IMG/VR virus record: IMGVR_UViG_3300044539_000240
DNA length: 64,000 bases
Source of the DNA: a virus
Strand: one strand, 5' to 3'
Of the stretch, positions 47,325 through 56,611 are shown piece after piece. Position numbers and translations under genes: made by a program. A model generated the notes under the pieces. It ran no database searches. It had not been told where the DNA came from and worked only from the letters and a program-made list of their open reading frames with translations. Each line of letters begins with the position of its first letter. The first letter of the stretch is position 1.

Positions 47325-47757
47325 AATTTAATATGGTAATTGAGTTGATTTTATCACCTTGTTGAATTGAATCAACAATTTCTAAACCTTCAGTTACTCT
47401 CCCAAAACAAGTATGGTTACCATCTAAATGTTGAGTACCTTGTCTACTATGACAAATGAAGAATTGTGAACCACCTGTATTTCTTCCGGCATGTGCCATA
47501 GATAATACTCCTCTATCGTGGAATTGGTTTGATGAAGTAACCTCACAAGGGATGTTATATCCCGGACCACCGGTACCTGTACCATTAGGACATCCACCTT
47601 GGATTACGAAATTAGGAATAACTCTATGGAAATTTAATCCATCATAGAATTTTTTACCAATTAAATCTTTGAAGTTGTTTACTGTGATTGGAGTTTCATT
47701 GTCGTATAGTTCGGCAATCATATCTCCTTTGTCTGTAGAAATTTTTACTTTAGTCAT
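47323..47757 (-). CDS. cyclophilin-type peptidyl-prolyl cis-trans isomerase
   Basis: FHRVIPNFVIQGGCPNGTGTGGPGY, GVLSMAHAGRNTGGSQFFI, HLDGNHTCFGRV: canonical cyclophilin signatures. Confidence 0.85.
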   Translation of the reverse strand: MTKVKISTDKGDMIAELYDNETPITVNNFKDLIGKKFYDGLNFHRVIPNFVIQGGCPNGTGTGGPGYNIPCEVTSSNQFHDRGVLSMAHAGRNTGGSQFFICHSRQGTQHLDGNHTCFGRVTEGLEIVDSIQQGDKINSITILN

Positions 47758-47801
47758 ATTTTATCTTTTTAGAAATATATGAAAAGTATTTTATTTTGTC
47801 A

Positions 47802-47859
47802 ATTAAGAATCAATGTCTGAGTTCTCAATTATTAAGAATCAATGTCTGAGTTCTCAATC
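47802..47859. repeat. perfect tandem duplication of a 29 nt unit (attaagaatcaatgtctgagttctcaat[tc]) that includes the last 9 codons and stop of gene 47832..48098
   Basis: Copy 1 is 47802-47830 and copy 2 is 47831-47859, identical except for the final nucleotide. Confidence 0.8.
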
Positions 47860-48098
47860 ATTATAACTTCAACATCTAAACCAACATAATTTTTTATTTT
47901 ATCACGAATTAATAATTGGTATTTTGTTTTTGATTTACTCATTAAATAATTTTTCAATTTAATTAAAACATATATGGAACCGTTATCCGTCATTTCAACA
48001 CCAACTTTTATTGACAATGGAACCTTAATATCCTCAACGATTTCTTTAATTGTGGATTTTATCCTTTCTTTTTGTTTTTCACTAATAATAACATCCAT
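47832..48098 (-). CDS. hypothetical protein (88 aa)
   Basis: One nt after the stop of 48100 (TAA-N-ATG junction); its 3' end is tandemly duplicated. Confidence 0.5.
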   Translation of the reverse strand: MDVIISEKQKERIKSTIKEIVEDIKVPLSIKVGVEMTDNGSIYVLIKLKNYLMSKSKTKYQLLIRDKIKNYVGLDVEVIMIENSDIDS

Positions 48099-48099
48099 A

Positions 48100-49131
48100 C
48101 TATTCAGGATTTAACGAATATAACCTAATGAAATTTCTTCTTAACTTTTCACCCATCTTATTTATTGTTGGTTGGAAATATTTCATTAAATCCAAGATAT
48201 TTTCGGTGTTCATTATTTTTTTATCCAAAGGATTGTTATATCCCGTCTTTTTACTAAATTCATAGTAAGCAATAAAATACGTGTGAAGTGTTTTTAAAAG
48301 GGTATTTTGTTCTTCTTGAGGTAAATCTTCAATAAGTTCCAAAATATATTCATAATAATCGCTAGCATCAAAGTTAATCATCCCCTGACAATATTGCCAA
48401 TATTTGGTAGTTTTGAATTGTTCAAATGGCATTCTCAATCTTTTACTATACGCTTCTTGAGACATCGCTCTTACTTCATAAGGTTCAGACATATACAATA
48501 AAGATAAAAATTGTTTCCAAACAGAAAGAACTTCTTCGTTTAGTCCGGTGTCAAACATCTCAAAAGGTTTTTTCATAAATGATAAAGTGGTATCCAAACC
48601 TTTTTCACCTTTTAATGCTCTGTTGTAATATTCATACATATGATTGAGTTCATGTAATACAGAATCCCTAAAATCATACATCATCTCATCAATATCTTCA
48701 AAATCTTTATTGATTATAAATTGAAACTCAAAACCTGCAACCAATGACATATGAATCTCATCCGAAAAACTTTTTGGTAAATATTTGCTAGGTTCTTTTA
48801 TATAAGAACCATTATCAATCATATCTGCATAAGCTAAAACTTGGAATCCTTCAGGGATTGGATTCTCATCCAATCTTTCAAAAGAAAATTTGATTATAAT
48901 TTCTTCAATTGGTAGTTCAATAAAATCTTCCAAATTAGATTTATAAATTGGGAAAATATCTTTTAGAGATAATTTAAGTGTTTCCTCTATTTTTTTATCT
49001 GAATTAAATAAACTCTTAACTTTTCCACTAACAAAGTCGTAAATTAGATTTGTAAATGGGATAGACGCACGGGAAACCCCTAAGTCTTCGGTTAGTAATT
49101 TGTATTGTGATTCTGTAATGATATATTTCAT
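48100..49131 (-). CDS. N-terminal motif family member (MKYIITESQYKLLTE) with HExxH motif (VLHELNHMYEYY); possible metallopeptidase effector, 343 aa
   Basis: Family N-terminus; HELNH; GTATTTATAAAAT upstream. Confidence 0.55.
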   Translation of the reverse strand: MKYIITESQYKLLTEDLGVSRASIPFTNLIYDFVSGKVKSLFNSDKKIEETLKLSLKDIFPIYKSNLEDFIELPIEEIIIKFSFERLDENPIPEGFQVLAYADMIDNGSYIKEPSKYLPKSFSDEIHMSLVAGFEFQFIINKDFEDIDEMMYDFRDSVLHELNHMYEYYNRALKGEKGLDTTLSFMKKPFEMFDTGLNEEVLSVWKQFLSLLYMSEPYEVRAMSQEAYSKRLRMPFEQFKTTKYWQYCQGMINFDASDYYEYILELIEDLPQEEQNTLLKTLHTYFIAYYEFSKKTGYNNPLDKKIMNTENILDLMKYFQPTINKMGEKLRRNFIRLYSLNPE

Positions 49132-49203
49132 ATTTTATAAATACCTAAATAACCATATTTGACTTATTAATCATTATTTAATATTATTCTAAAAAAAAAA
49201 ACT

Positions 49204-49413
49204 ATGATATACTTAAATGTAATTTTAACCGTCCTTTGTCTTATTTTAATTTCTTTTCTTATATTAGCCATTTATTTAGTGAAGGAGTATAAAAATAAAT
49301 TTAAACAATTCCCATCTCAAATGAATCCAACTTGGGGTAATATTCCAAACTCTCCTGAAGATTTAAATGAAATGACCACTAAATTAATGAAAGAATTATT
49401 TAAAGGTAAATAA
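49204..49413 (+). CDS. small membrane protein (69 aa)
   Basis: N-terminal TM helix ILTVLCLILISFLILAIYL. Stop lies 4 nt before the kinase gene. Confidence 0.45.
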   Translation: MIYLNVILTVLCLILISFLILAIYLVKEYKNKFKQFPSQMNPTWGNIPNSPEDLNEMTTKLMKELFKGK

Positions 49414-49417
49414 CATT

Positions 49418-49867
49418 ATGAGAAACATAAATAATCACTTATCGGAGGCCATAACGGATATTGAAACAACTAAAGGGACAACTAAAGAATTATTTCTATT
49501 AAGAGGATTACCGGGAAGTGGTAAGTCAACATTGGCAAAATCAATAAGTGGTATTCATTTTGAAGCGGATATGTATTTTATGAAAGATAATAAATATCAG
49601 TTTGATATTACTAGATTAAAAGATGCACATCAATGGTGTCAAGAAGGTGTTGAAAAAGGTATGACAGTTTTAAACCAGTCTCGTATTGTAGTGTCAAACA
49701 CATTTACACAGGAGTGGGAAATGAAACCATATTTTGACTTAGCTGAAAAATACGGATATAGAGTTTATTCTTTAATCGTTGAAAATAGACACGATGGTGT
49801 TAATGAACATGGGGTTCCGGAAGATAAATTGAAAATAATGAAGAATCGTTTTGAGGTAAAACTTTAA
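49418..49867 (+). CDS. P-loop kinase, polynucleotide-kinase (PNK/AAA_33)-like, kinase domain only (149 aa)
   Basis: Walker A LLRGLPGSGKSTLAKSI near the N-terminus and a downstream Asp (FEADMYF), as in T4 PNK and 5-hmdU DNA kinase-like proteins. Confidence 0.5.
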   Translation: MRNINNHLSEAITDIETTKGTTKELFLLRGLPGSGKSTLAKSISGIHFEADMYFMKDNKYQFDITRLKDAHQWCQEGVEKGMTVLNQSRIVVSNTFTQEWEMKPYFDLAEKYGYRVYSLIVENRHDGVNEHGVPEDKLKIMKNRFEVKL

Positions 49868-49871
49868 TTCA

Positions 49872-50189
49872 TTACATTATTGCAATCCCTACTTGAGAAC
49901 TAAAACCAAAATATGGAAGATATTGTTCTAAGTCTTTTTCAATATCTTTCTTTTTTGGAACATCTTTCCATTTTATCATAACATTAGAATCAAACGGATG
50001 ACCAACTTCAATAAAAATGTTATATTTCCCTGAAGGATATAAAGTATCCCTAACTCCGGTAATTGTTTGGATATCATCTAATTTAAACCAAATATCATCA
50101 GAATATCTATGAGCAATTTCAAGACCTTTTTCAGATTCTAAAAATTTCTCAAACATTTTGAGTGACTGATTTACTTCTTCTCTTGTCAT
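49872..50189 (-). CDS. hypothetical protein (105 aa)
   Basis: CATCGTATTTATAACAT upstream of ATG. Confidence 0.5.
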   Translation of the reverse strand: MTREEVNQSLKMFEKFLESEKGLEIAHRYSDDIWFKLDDIQTITGVRDTLYPSGKYNIFIEVGHPFDSNVMIKWKDVPKKKDIEKDLEQYLPYFGFSSQVGIAIM

Positions 50190-50216
50190 ATGTTATAAAT
50201 ACGATGATAAATAAAA

Positions 50217-50249
50217 AACCCACCTATTGGTGGGTTCTATTATTTTTTT
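50217..50249. terminator. intrinsic terminator (aacccacc-tatt-ggtgggtt plus T-run)
   Basis: Hairpin between 49872..50189 and a 53-aa mini-ORF at about 50245..50406 on the minus strand. Confidence 0.6.
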
Positions 50250-50450
50250 GGATAATACTTTTTACCTTCAAAAAAGATAAATTTTGTCCCGACTGTGTTG
50301 ATTAACGCTTTGGACGCTTCCCAAGTTTCTTCGGGGCCTTCAAAAGGTTTTAAGATAATTTCATTTTCTTCTACTTGGATTGTTCCTATTGTATCACTCA
50401 TATTTAATTATAATCATTTTATGAAAATAAGGAATAATGAATTGAGCATT

Positions 50451-50828
50451 TTATATTTTATCAAATGTTAATTCAATGTCACCACCTTGCTCAAACTCAT
50501 CCCAAGATAAAAGGGTTTCCCCACCATTAGAAGTTTGGCTCCAACTTTTTCCATTTGCAACTGCCGTCATAGAAATTGTTTGGTCATCACTTGCCATCCA
50601 TCCTCTATCAACATAAACACCTGCCTCAGGTCCAAAACTAACTCCGCCTTGCATATACCATTGATTTGGTACTTTCCAAAATCTAATTGATGTTGAATTG
50701 TTTGGTTCAGTTGTATTCCAACTGAATTCACCACCATTAGGTTGTATTACCTCTTGAGGTGAATAATTATTTACCGTAGTTATTGTATAATCGGTATTAT
50801 TCTTAATTGTTACATTTACGTTCCACAT
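50451..50828 (-). CDS. hypothetical protein. Start corrected to MWNVNVTIKNN.
   Basis: The corrected start gives a TAA-N-ATG junction with 50830..51018. Confidence 0.45.
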   Translation of the reverse strand: MWNVNVTIKNNTDYTITTVNNYSPQEVIQPNGGEFSWNTTEPNNSTSIRFWKVPNQWYMQGGVSFGPEAGVYVDRGWMASDDQTISMTAVANGKSWSQTSNGGETLLSWDEFEQGGDIELTFDKI

Positions 50829-50829
50829 A

Positions 50830-51018
50830 TTAATCACATTTACAAATGCCGTCACCACCTTTTTTAGGGTTACAAACACATTCTTTTTTTTCTTTTTGAG
50901 GCCCGGTTAAAAGTGTATATCCCTTAAACGTTTCCATTATTGCTTTAATTTCTTCCACATTACCACCTTCACTAAAAATGGTTATTGTTTTGTCTTGACT
51001 GTTGATTTTATATTCCAT
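50830..51018 (-). CDS. small protein with Cys-rich C-terminus (CVCNPKKGGDGICKCD), 62 aa
   Basis: One nt after the stop of 51020. Confidence 0.45.
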   Translation of the reverse strand: MEYKINSQDKTITIFSEGGNVEEIKAIMETFKGYTLLTGPQKEKKECVCNPKKGGDGICKCD

Positions 51019-51019
51019 G

Positions 51020-51880
51020 TTAATTACCTACTCTTAATATGTCCGTATTGTATCCTAAATTACCTAATAATTCACGAACATCTTTAGTAAAATCACTCGA
51101 GTATCTCCATCCGTTACTTTTATAAGTTAATGTGATATACCCTCCAGCACTACCACCTGATAATACAAATTTTACTGAGTGTAATACATGGGAATTAGGG
51201 AGTGCTCTAATTTTCTTTTTTATTTCTTTATTTAATGTATTTTTAATCCATTCATCAACACCATCATATTCAAATGAACCTCTTATATTTAAATCCAATC
51301 TTCCATGAGCTGGACTACCAAGTTCTATACCGGTAAAATTAGTTAATCCATCAATAAATTCTTGTGATAAATTTGATGCGTTATAACTTTCTTCAGATTT
51401 GTCACGAATTGCTTTATCCCAATCAACTTTAAAATAACCACGTACAATATAAGGAGACTCTTCAGTTAAATTAAGAGTTATCCATTCAGGTAGTTTTAAC
51501 CTTTCAATAAAAAAAGTAATCGACTTTTTATATTTTTCAAGAAAAAGCCCTTTGTTTCTAAGATTTGGCATTTGGTGAATGCCTTTTTCAGCCAATGACC
51601 TCCCAAGAATACTCATATTACGATAAGAACTATAATATCTAGGGGTAAAATCTTCAAGAGCATAATCTTTAGCAAATTCTTCAATATGAGTTTTAATCAA
51701 TAAAGAAAGCGGATATTGACCTATTTCATCTCCATGTGTTTTTTTAACCCACGGCCTAAAATAACTAAGAAAAACCTCAATAAAGTCTTCATCCTCGTAT
51801 TCACTTGCATTAAAATTTTCCAAAACGGTTTTTACAATTCTATTAAGGTCAGATTCGGTAAGTGTGTGTATTCTTTTCAT
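51020..51880 (-). CDS. N-terminal motif family member (MKRIHTLTESDLNRIVKTVL), 286 aa
   Basis: T-L-T-E-S-D; AAATCTATTTATAGGTA upstream. Confidence 0.55.
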   Translation of the reverse strand: MKRIHTLTESDLNRIVKTVLENFNASEYEDEDFIEVFLSYFRPWVKKTHGDEIGQYPLSLLIKTHIEEFAKDYALEDFTPRYYSSYRNMSILGRSLAEKGIHQMPNLRNKGLFLEKYKKSITFFIERLKLPEWITLNLTEESPYIVRGYFKVDWDKAIRDKSEESYNASNLSQEFIDGLTNFTGIELGSPAHGRLDLNIRGSFEYDGVDEWIKNTLNKEIKKKIRALPNSHVLHSVKFVLSGGSAGGYITLTYKSNGWRYSSDFTKDVRELLGNLGYNTDILRVGN

Positions 51881-51925
51881 TACCTATAAATAGATTTATA
51901 ATTAAAAAACCCTTGTAGTTAAGAA

Positions 51926-52129
51926 TTATTTTTTGGTTTGATTAAATCTTGGTTTTTCTGATTTCTTTTCTTTCGGTAATTCTATTTCACAACAAGGATT
52001 ACTATTCCCCTGAAATGAATTGATTTCTCTAATTAATGCGTCACTTAGAAGATTACCCCAAACATTATTGTAATGGGATAGTAAGTCACTATATGCGTTT
52101 TCCGTTTCCATGTCTCTAAATGTTATCAA
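51926..52129 (-). CDS. hypothetical protein (67 aa)
   Basis: Overlaps the upstream gene by 14 nt. Confidence 0.4.
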   Translation of the reverse strand: MITFRDMETENAYSDLLSHYNNVWGNLLSDALIREINSFQGNSNPCCEIELPKEKKSEKPRFNQTKK

Positions 52130-52559
52130 TTAAAACAAATCCAACAAGACCTTCAATGTATTTTATAACTTCATCTTCTGAACAAGAAATAAGAGGTTTA
52201 AAATCGATTGTGTTCTCATCCTCACTCGAGAATGTAATGAATTGTAAATCATCTAACACCTTTCTACAATTGATTTCAACTCGGTCTTTCTCCATGGTCG
52301 GGTCCAAGATGACATCAATTCCATTTGACAATTTTTTTCTAAAATCATCGTATTGGTCAGGGTGTAATAATATCTCAAGTTCCGGATGCATTATTATTGT
52401 ATCCGCACCAACTCGTCTTGATGATTGATGTATCTTATTTGACACCATCATTATTTTGTTGATAAGTGTTTTATTCCACTCTCGTTGAGCGTGTGGGGTT
52501 GGTTCTTCAACACCCATCCAACCTCTTAAGTCCCATTCTTCTATGTGTGAGTTTTCCAT
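52116..52559 (-). CDS. hypothetical protein. Start corrected to MENSHIEEWDL.
   Basis: The first 18 codons of the longest ORF are a translation of the terminator hairpin at 52600-52625. Confidence 0.5.
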   Translation of the reverse strand: MENSHIEEWDLRGWMGVEEPTPHAQREWNKTLINKIMMVSNKIHQSSRRVGADTIIMHPELEILLHPDQYDDFRKKLSNGIDVILDPTMEKDRVEINCRKVLDDLQFITFSSEDENTIDFKPLISCSEDEVIKYIEGLVGFVLIDNI

Positions 52560-52599
52560 GAATATTATTTTGGGTAAAGATATGAAATATTTTCTAAAT

Positions 52600-52625
52600 A
52601 AAAAACCCTTCAAGGTGAAGGGTTG
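52600..52625 (-). terminator. intrinsic terminator downstream of 52632..53003
   Basis: cccttca-agg-tgaaggg hairpin; U-run on the minus strand (plus A7). Confidence 0.65.
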
Positions 52626-52631
52626 TGTATT

Positions 52632-53003
52632 TTAACGTTTTGTCGGAATTCTTCGAATTGAAACCGGGACATCGAACATATTGACAATCTCGTCCCAAGT
52701 ATTATCAACCAATCCATCATATTCATCTCTATTAAGAGGTCTTTCAGTATTAACCCAAATTGTGATGGCATATTCATCTCTATCAGTTAACCTATAAACC
52801 TTTGCATCATGTATCAATTCATTTTGTGGTGTTAATACATTATCCAAATATTTTTGGATTAGTTTCAATTTTCTTTCTTCAGGAGAATATTTGGATTCGG
52901 TTTCAATAATATTTGGGGTTTTGTTAATCTTATGATGTAACTCCCAATTAATAATTGATTCCCGTAATACTTTCTTTATGATTTTGTTAAGTTCCATATA
53001 CAA
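52632..53003 (-). CDS. hypothetical protein (123 aa)
   Basis: ORF followed by a terminator. Confidence 0.5.
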   Translation of the reverse strand: MYMELNKIIKKVLRESIINWELHHKINKTPNIIETESKYSPEERKLKLIQKYLDNVLTPQNELIHDAKVYRLTDRDEYAITIWVNTERPLNRDEYDGLVDNTWDEIVNMFDVPVSIRRIPTKR

Positions 53004-53009
53004 TAAATA

Positions 53010-53273
53010 CTACACAACGTGCTTCACATCATATTTATTACTCATCTTAAACCATTTCGATATTAAATTAAAATAATTGTTCTCGATATATTTGGTTCCA
53101 AATCGTTTTGATAAATAAAGTTTAACATTGTCGGAACTATAAATTGTTTCACTTTTAATATCATATAGAAAATAATTATTAGTCCAAGTTTGTTCTGCCT
53201 TGTCATAAGTCATATAAGGATAACCAAATTTTTCCTCAATGAGTTTTACAATCTCTTTTTCAATTTTTGTCAT
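53010..53273 (-). CDS. hypothetical protein (87 aa)
   Basis: ORF abutting 53274..53741. Confidence 0.45.
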   Translation of the reverse strand: MTKIEKEIVKLIEEKFGYPYMTYDKAEQTWTNNYFLYDIKSETIYSSDNVKLYLSKRFGTKYIENNYFNLISKWFKMSNKYDVKHVV

Positions 53274-53741
53274 CTAATCTAAATGTTCTAATATTGTCTC
53301 CGAACGTTCACTTCCAAAATATATCTCCAGTCCAAACCCCGTACTAATTTCATACATAGTTTTTAGTAAGGGGATTAATTTCTTACGAATATGGTTTTTA
53401 ACTTTATCTTCAATATCCTCACTATAAAGTTCTGCCCTATGGGTGGGAGATACAATTAATTTTATTTGAGGATTATCAAGTATTCTTCTCCCATCCGTAT
53501 ATTTCGATTCATTAACTTTTAAGAATGATACATCAATAACAAATGGAAACATCCTCTTAACAAATTTATTTAAAGGTGTTATATCCAATTCAAATTCATT
53601 ACGGACATAACTTCTTTCCAATCCAACAGTAGATAAAACCGGACTAATATTACAAGGGTTGTTAGTAATCCAACCTCCCAACTGTTGTTGTTCCATCAAT
53701 TCTTGATATCTATCTATGATACTACTCTGTCTTGCCGCCAT
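53274..53741 (-). CDS. hypothetical protein (155 aa)
   Basis: Two short Lys-rich mini-ORFs (53754..53867 and 53976..54092, minus) lie upstream. Confidence 0.5.
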   Translation of the reverse strand: MAARQSSIIDRYQELMEQQQLGGWITNNPCNISPVLSTVGLERSYVRNEFELDITPLNKFVKRMFPFVIDVSFLKVNESKYTDGRRILDNPQIKLIVSPTHRAELYSEDIEDKVKNHIRKKLIPLLKTMYEISTGFGLEIYFGSERSETILEHLD

Positions 53742-54136
53742 ATCTTATTTCTTTTTTTTCTTTTTACTTTTTTTAACAGGTCTTTCCGGTCTTGTTGACA
53801 TTAGATGTCTTGGAGGTGTTGGCAATAATCTTCCTCCCCGAGAACTATCACTCATCATTAACATATACCAAATAAACCAACCAAACATAATTCTCTAAAA
53901 TTTACTTCACAAATATATGAAACTTATTTCTTATAAACAAAAAAAAACCCCGCCAATTGACGAGGTCGATATTTTAAAGTTCTTTTTTCAAACGACTAAG
54001 AATTTCGTTGTTCTTATCCATTCGTTTTAAATCTTTTAGAGTGTTTGCTCTGTTCTTTTTTGGTTTCCCGGGTTTTTTCGATTTTGACATGTTAAGTATT
54101 TCACAATAAATACTCACTACGAAATAATTAATTTTT

Positions 54137-54391
54137 TTATCTTGGGTCGTAATAAAAAGTCTGTTCTATCATACCCCTGTTATCCAAAATGTATTTTGAT
54201 AATTCTTTGACTCTTGATTTAAGTTGAATATCTTCTTTAAGTTCAGGTAAGTCACCGTACTCTAAACCAATTCCAACCCGATATAGAATAGCATAACCCA
54301 TATCAGTTGATGAAATACGAATATCTTTAATTTTGGGATATTCATCCTTCAACATTGTAAGTAATAATTTTTTTAAAGAGGTTTCAACCAT
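54137..54391 (-). CDS. hypothetical protein (84 aa)
   Basis: ORF downstream of 54400..54696. Confidence 0.45.
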   Translation of the reverse strand: MVETSLKKLLLTMLKDEYPKIKDIRISSTDMGYAILYRVGIGLEYGDLPELKEDIQLKSRVKELSKYILDNRGMIEQTFYYDPR

Positions 54392-54399
54392 AATAATTT

Positions 54400-54696
54400 T
54401 TAATTGTAGAATCCTTCTCCAACCGGATATCCGTCAAATATATGCCAAACCGCACTATAATCGGTATTAACAGGGTCAATGTAATGATAGTATCCATTTC
54501 CAACCTCAATGGTTAATGCAGGGTCTGAATATACCACTTGACTTGTTTGTAAACATGGATAACAATTACCGACAATTTGATTACAAGAATCACATAATCC
54601 CAAATCCTCAGCGTATATTGTGAAAGTTGGTTCTAAAGTATTAAAAGCATCTTCTTCAGTACTGGCAGATGAAACCACAAAACTTATTGTTGACAT
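54400..54696 (-). CDS. hypothetical Cys-containing protein (98 aa)
   Basis: ORF; a 55-aa mini-ORF at about 54743..54907 (minus) lies upstream. Confidence 0.45.
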   Translation of the reverse strand: MSTISFVVSSASTEEDAFNTLEPTFTIYAEDLGLCDSCNQIVGNCYPCLQTSQVVYSDPALTIEVGNGYYHYIDPVNTDYSAVWHIFDGYPVGEGFYN

Positions 54697-54990
54697 AATA
54701 TTATATTTTAATAATAAATATCAAACATAAATCATTTCTTATTCTAAAATTTTCTTTCCTAAAATAAGTGGAGATGAGGTTTTATGATTAGCAACCGTGA
54801 AATGAGAATCATACTCTTTAATAATCATTGTCGAATCCGGAGTGAATGTTTGTTTGTAACGTGCCAATACATACTCTCTAACTTTGTTCTGAATTTCTTG
54901 TGTCATTTTATTTTTCTTTTAGGTTATAAATTATTCCACAAAGATATAAAAAGTTTTCATATAAAAAAACCTCAATCAATATTTATTAAT

Positions 54991-55383
54991 ATGGGAACAC
55001 ACAGAGTAAATTTTATAAAAAGTAATAAATTTTGGTTTGCGGATTTTACTGAAACCGAACTTACACCTAACATAAATGGAGTTAATCAAAGAAAACTATT
55101 ACCATTAACTCGTAATGGTTGGGATGAGTGGGTAGAAATAGTTTCCGAAAGTGATGATAATTTTTGGATGATTGTCTCCAATTCTGAACTTGTAGGGGGG
55201 ACCGAACTTAAATACCTTAATTTAACTACGGGAAACCCAAATCCAAACCAATGTGGGAATTGTTACGAATTCAAATCTTACAAAGGGGTTGAATATAATA
55301 TTAAATTTTTTATTTGTTCAAATGGGTTGGATTTTGTATTTGATGAAACTCCTTCTTCATGGTTTTTTAAAAGAGAATATTAA
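54991..55383 (+). CDS. hypothetical protein. Start corrected to MGTHRVNFIK (about 130 aa).
   Basis: The upstream part of the track ORF is low-complexity and overlaps a minus-strand mini-gene. Confidence 0.45.
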   Translation: MGTHRVNFIKSNKFWFADFTETELTPNINGVNQRKLLPLTRNGWDEWVEIVSESDDNFWMIVSNSELVGGTELKYLNLTTGNPNPNQCGNCYEFKSYKGVEYNIKFFICSNGLDFVFDETPSSWFFKREY

Positions 55384-55688
55384 GACTGAGTAAATTTTAC
55401 ATCGACACCATACTTCCATTCAAACCATTCAGAGATAAATTTATATGCCTCTTCATCGTTAGGGAAAAATAAATCCGAGAATCCACGACCAAACGAACTA
55501 TTAACATATAGTCTTCCATCAGTATGGTCATATTCCATCATAACCTCATCTTCAATATCATCTACTTCACCAGGATGATAGATAATAATAAACTCTTCGA
55601 AGTCAGATTCATACCCAATCCTATTTTCAATATATTCTTTTCTTAGGTCGTTTAATTTACTTTCTTTTATAATGTATTTCATATTCAA
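55380..55688 (-). CDS. N-terminal motif family member (MNMKYIIKESKLNDL), 102 aa
   Basis: I-I-K-E-S-K-L; GTATTTATTGAAT upstream. Confidence 0.55.
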   Translation of the reverse strand: MNMKYIIKESKLNDLRKEYIENRIGYESDFEEFIIIYHPGEVDDIEDEVMMEYDHTDGRLYVNSSFGRGFSDLFFPNDEEAYKFISEWFEWKYGVDVKFTQS

Positions 55689-55709
55689 TAAATACCACGG
55701 CTATTTTAA

Positions 55710-56576
55710 TTATATTTGTGATTCAGCAACTACCACAACATTTGATAATTCCCAACCTGCATTACATAATTTGTCATTATAACAATCTCCGGTAAACCAT
55801 GGGCTATTATAAGGACCTTTAGGTGAGTACCCTTCCCAATATGATGGGGTTATCCACCATCCAACTGACATACTTGATTTTAATGAAGACATATTAATAG
55901 TAGTTCCATCTGCACCACCATTATTTAACACATCGTATATTACAGTACTTTTTCCATTTTGGGAAACGGTGATTGTCATATTAGTATAATCGGAGTTAAA
56001 ATCAATCTCCATATCAAATGGAATAGTTACATCAATAATATCAACTAAACTATGAGTTCCGTTAGATGAGTTATTAGATAAATTATTTTGAGTGTAACAA
56101 TCATCATCCATTAATGCCTCAGTATATGAATATTCAAATCTTTGTTGATTGTTTAAATGAATCGTTTGTTGGAATATTCTATTTCCATTGGTTTCTAAAA
56201 AGTCAATCTCATTACAATACGGTGCACCATTATTACCGGCATCACAATAGTTAGTTCCTTTAGGTTGAGTTGAACTATTCACCATGTAAAACGATGCGTT
56301 TAACCAATTATTTTTTTGAACCTCAGTTGGTACTAAACCTGATAAATCAATTGTCGCGGTAATTTTAGAAATGTTTTTAAACCCATGAGTTGAAACAACT
56401 CTACCGGCATTAAAGGTAACAGTTGAATTTTCAATTATTGGAGTTGCGTTACACCAATCACTGGTCCAATCTTCTTCAAATGTAACATTGTAAGTTGTTA
56501 ATGATGATAATGACGATTTTTTATTACAACCGAATAGTTTTTTAATTTGTTCGTAAATTTTAAAAATTTTTTCCAT
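55710..56576 (-). CDS. putative GH16-like (concanavalin-fold) glycoside hydrolase, 288 aa
   Basis: NEIDFLETNGN matches the GH16 catalytic motif E-[IL]-D-x-x-E (beta-bulge laminarinase type); N/S/T-rich beta-rich sequence. Assignment tentative. Confidence 0.35.
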   Translation of the reverse strand: MEKIFKIYEQIKKLFGCNKKSSLSSLTTYNVTFEEDWTSDWCNATPIIENSTVTFNAGRVVSTHGFKNISKITATIDLSGLVPTEVQKNNWLNASFYMVNSSTQPKGTNYCDAGNNGAPYCNEIDFLETNGNRIFQQTIHLNNQQRFEYSYTEALMDDDCYTQNNLSNNSSNGTHSLVDIIDVTIPFDMEIDFNSDYTNMTITVSQNGKSTVIYDVLNNGGADGTTINMSSLKSSMSVGWWITPSYWEGYSPKGPYNSPWFTGDCYNDKLCNAGWELSNVVVVAESQI

Positions 56577-56611
56577 TTTTTTTTTAGTTTATAATAAGTA
56601 GTTTCTTTAAT

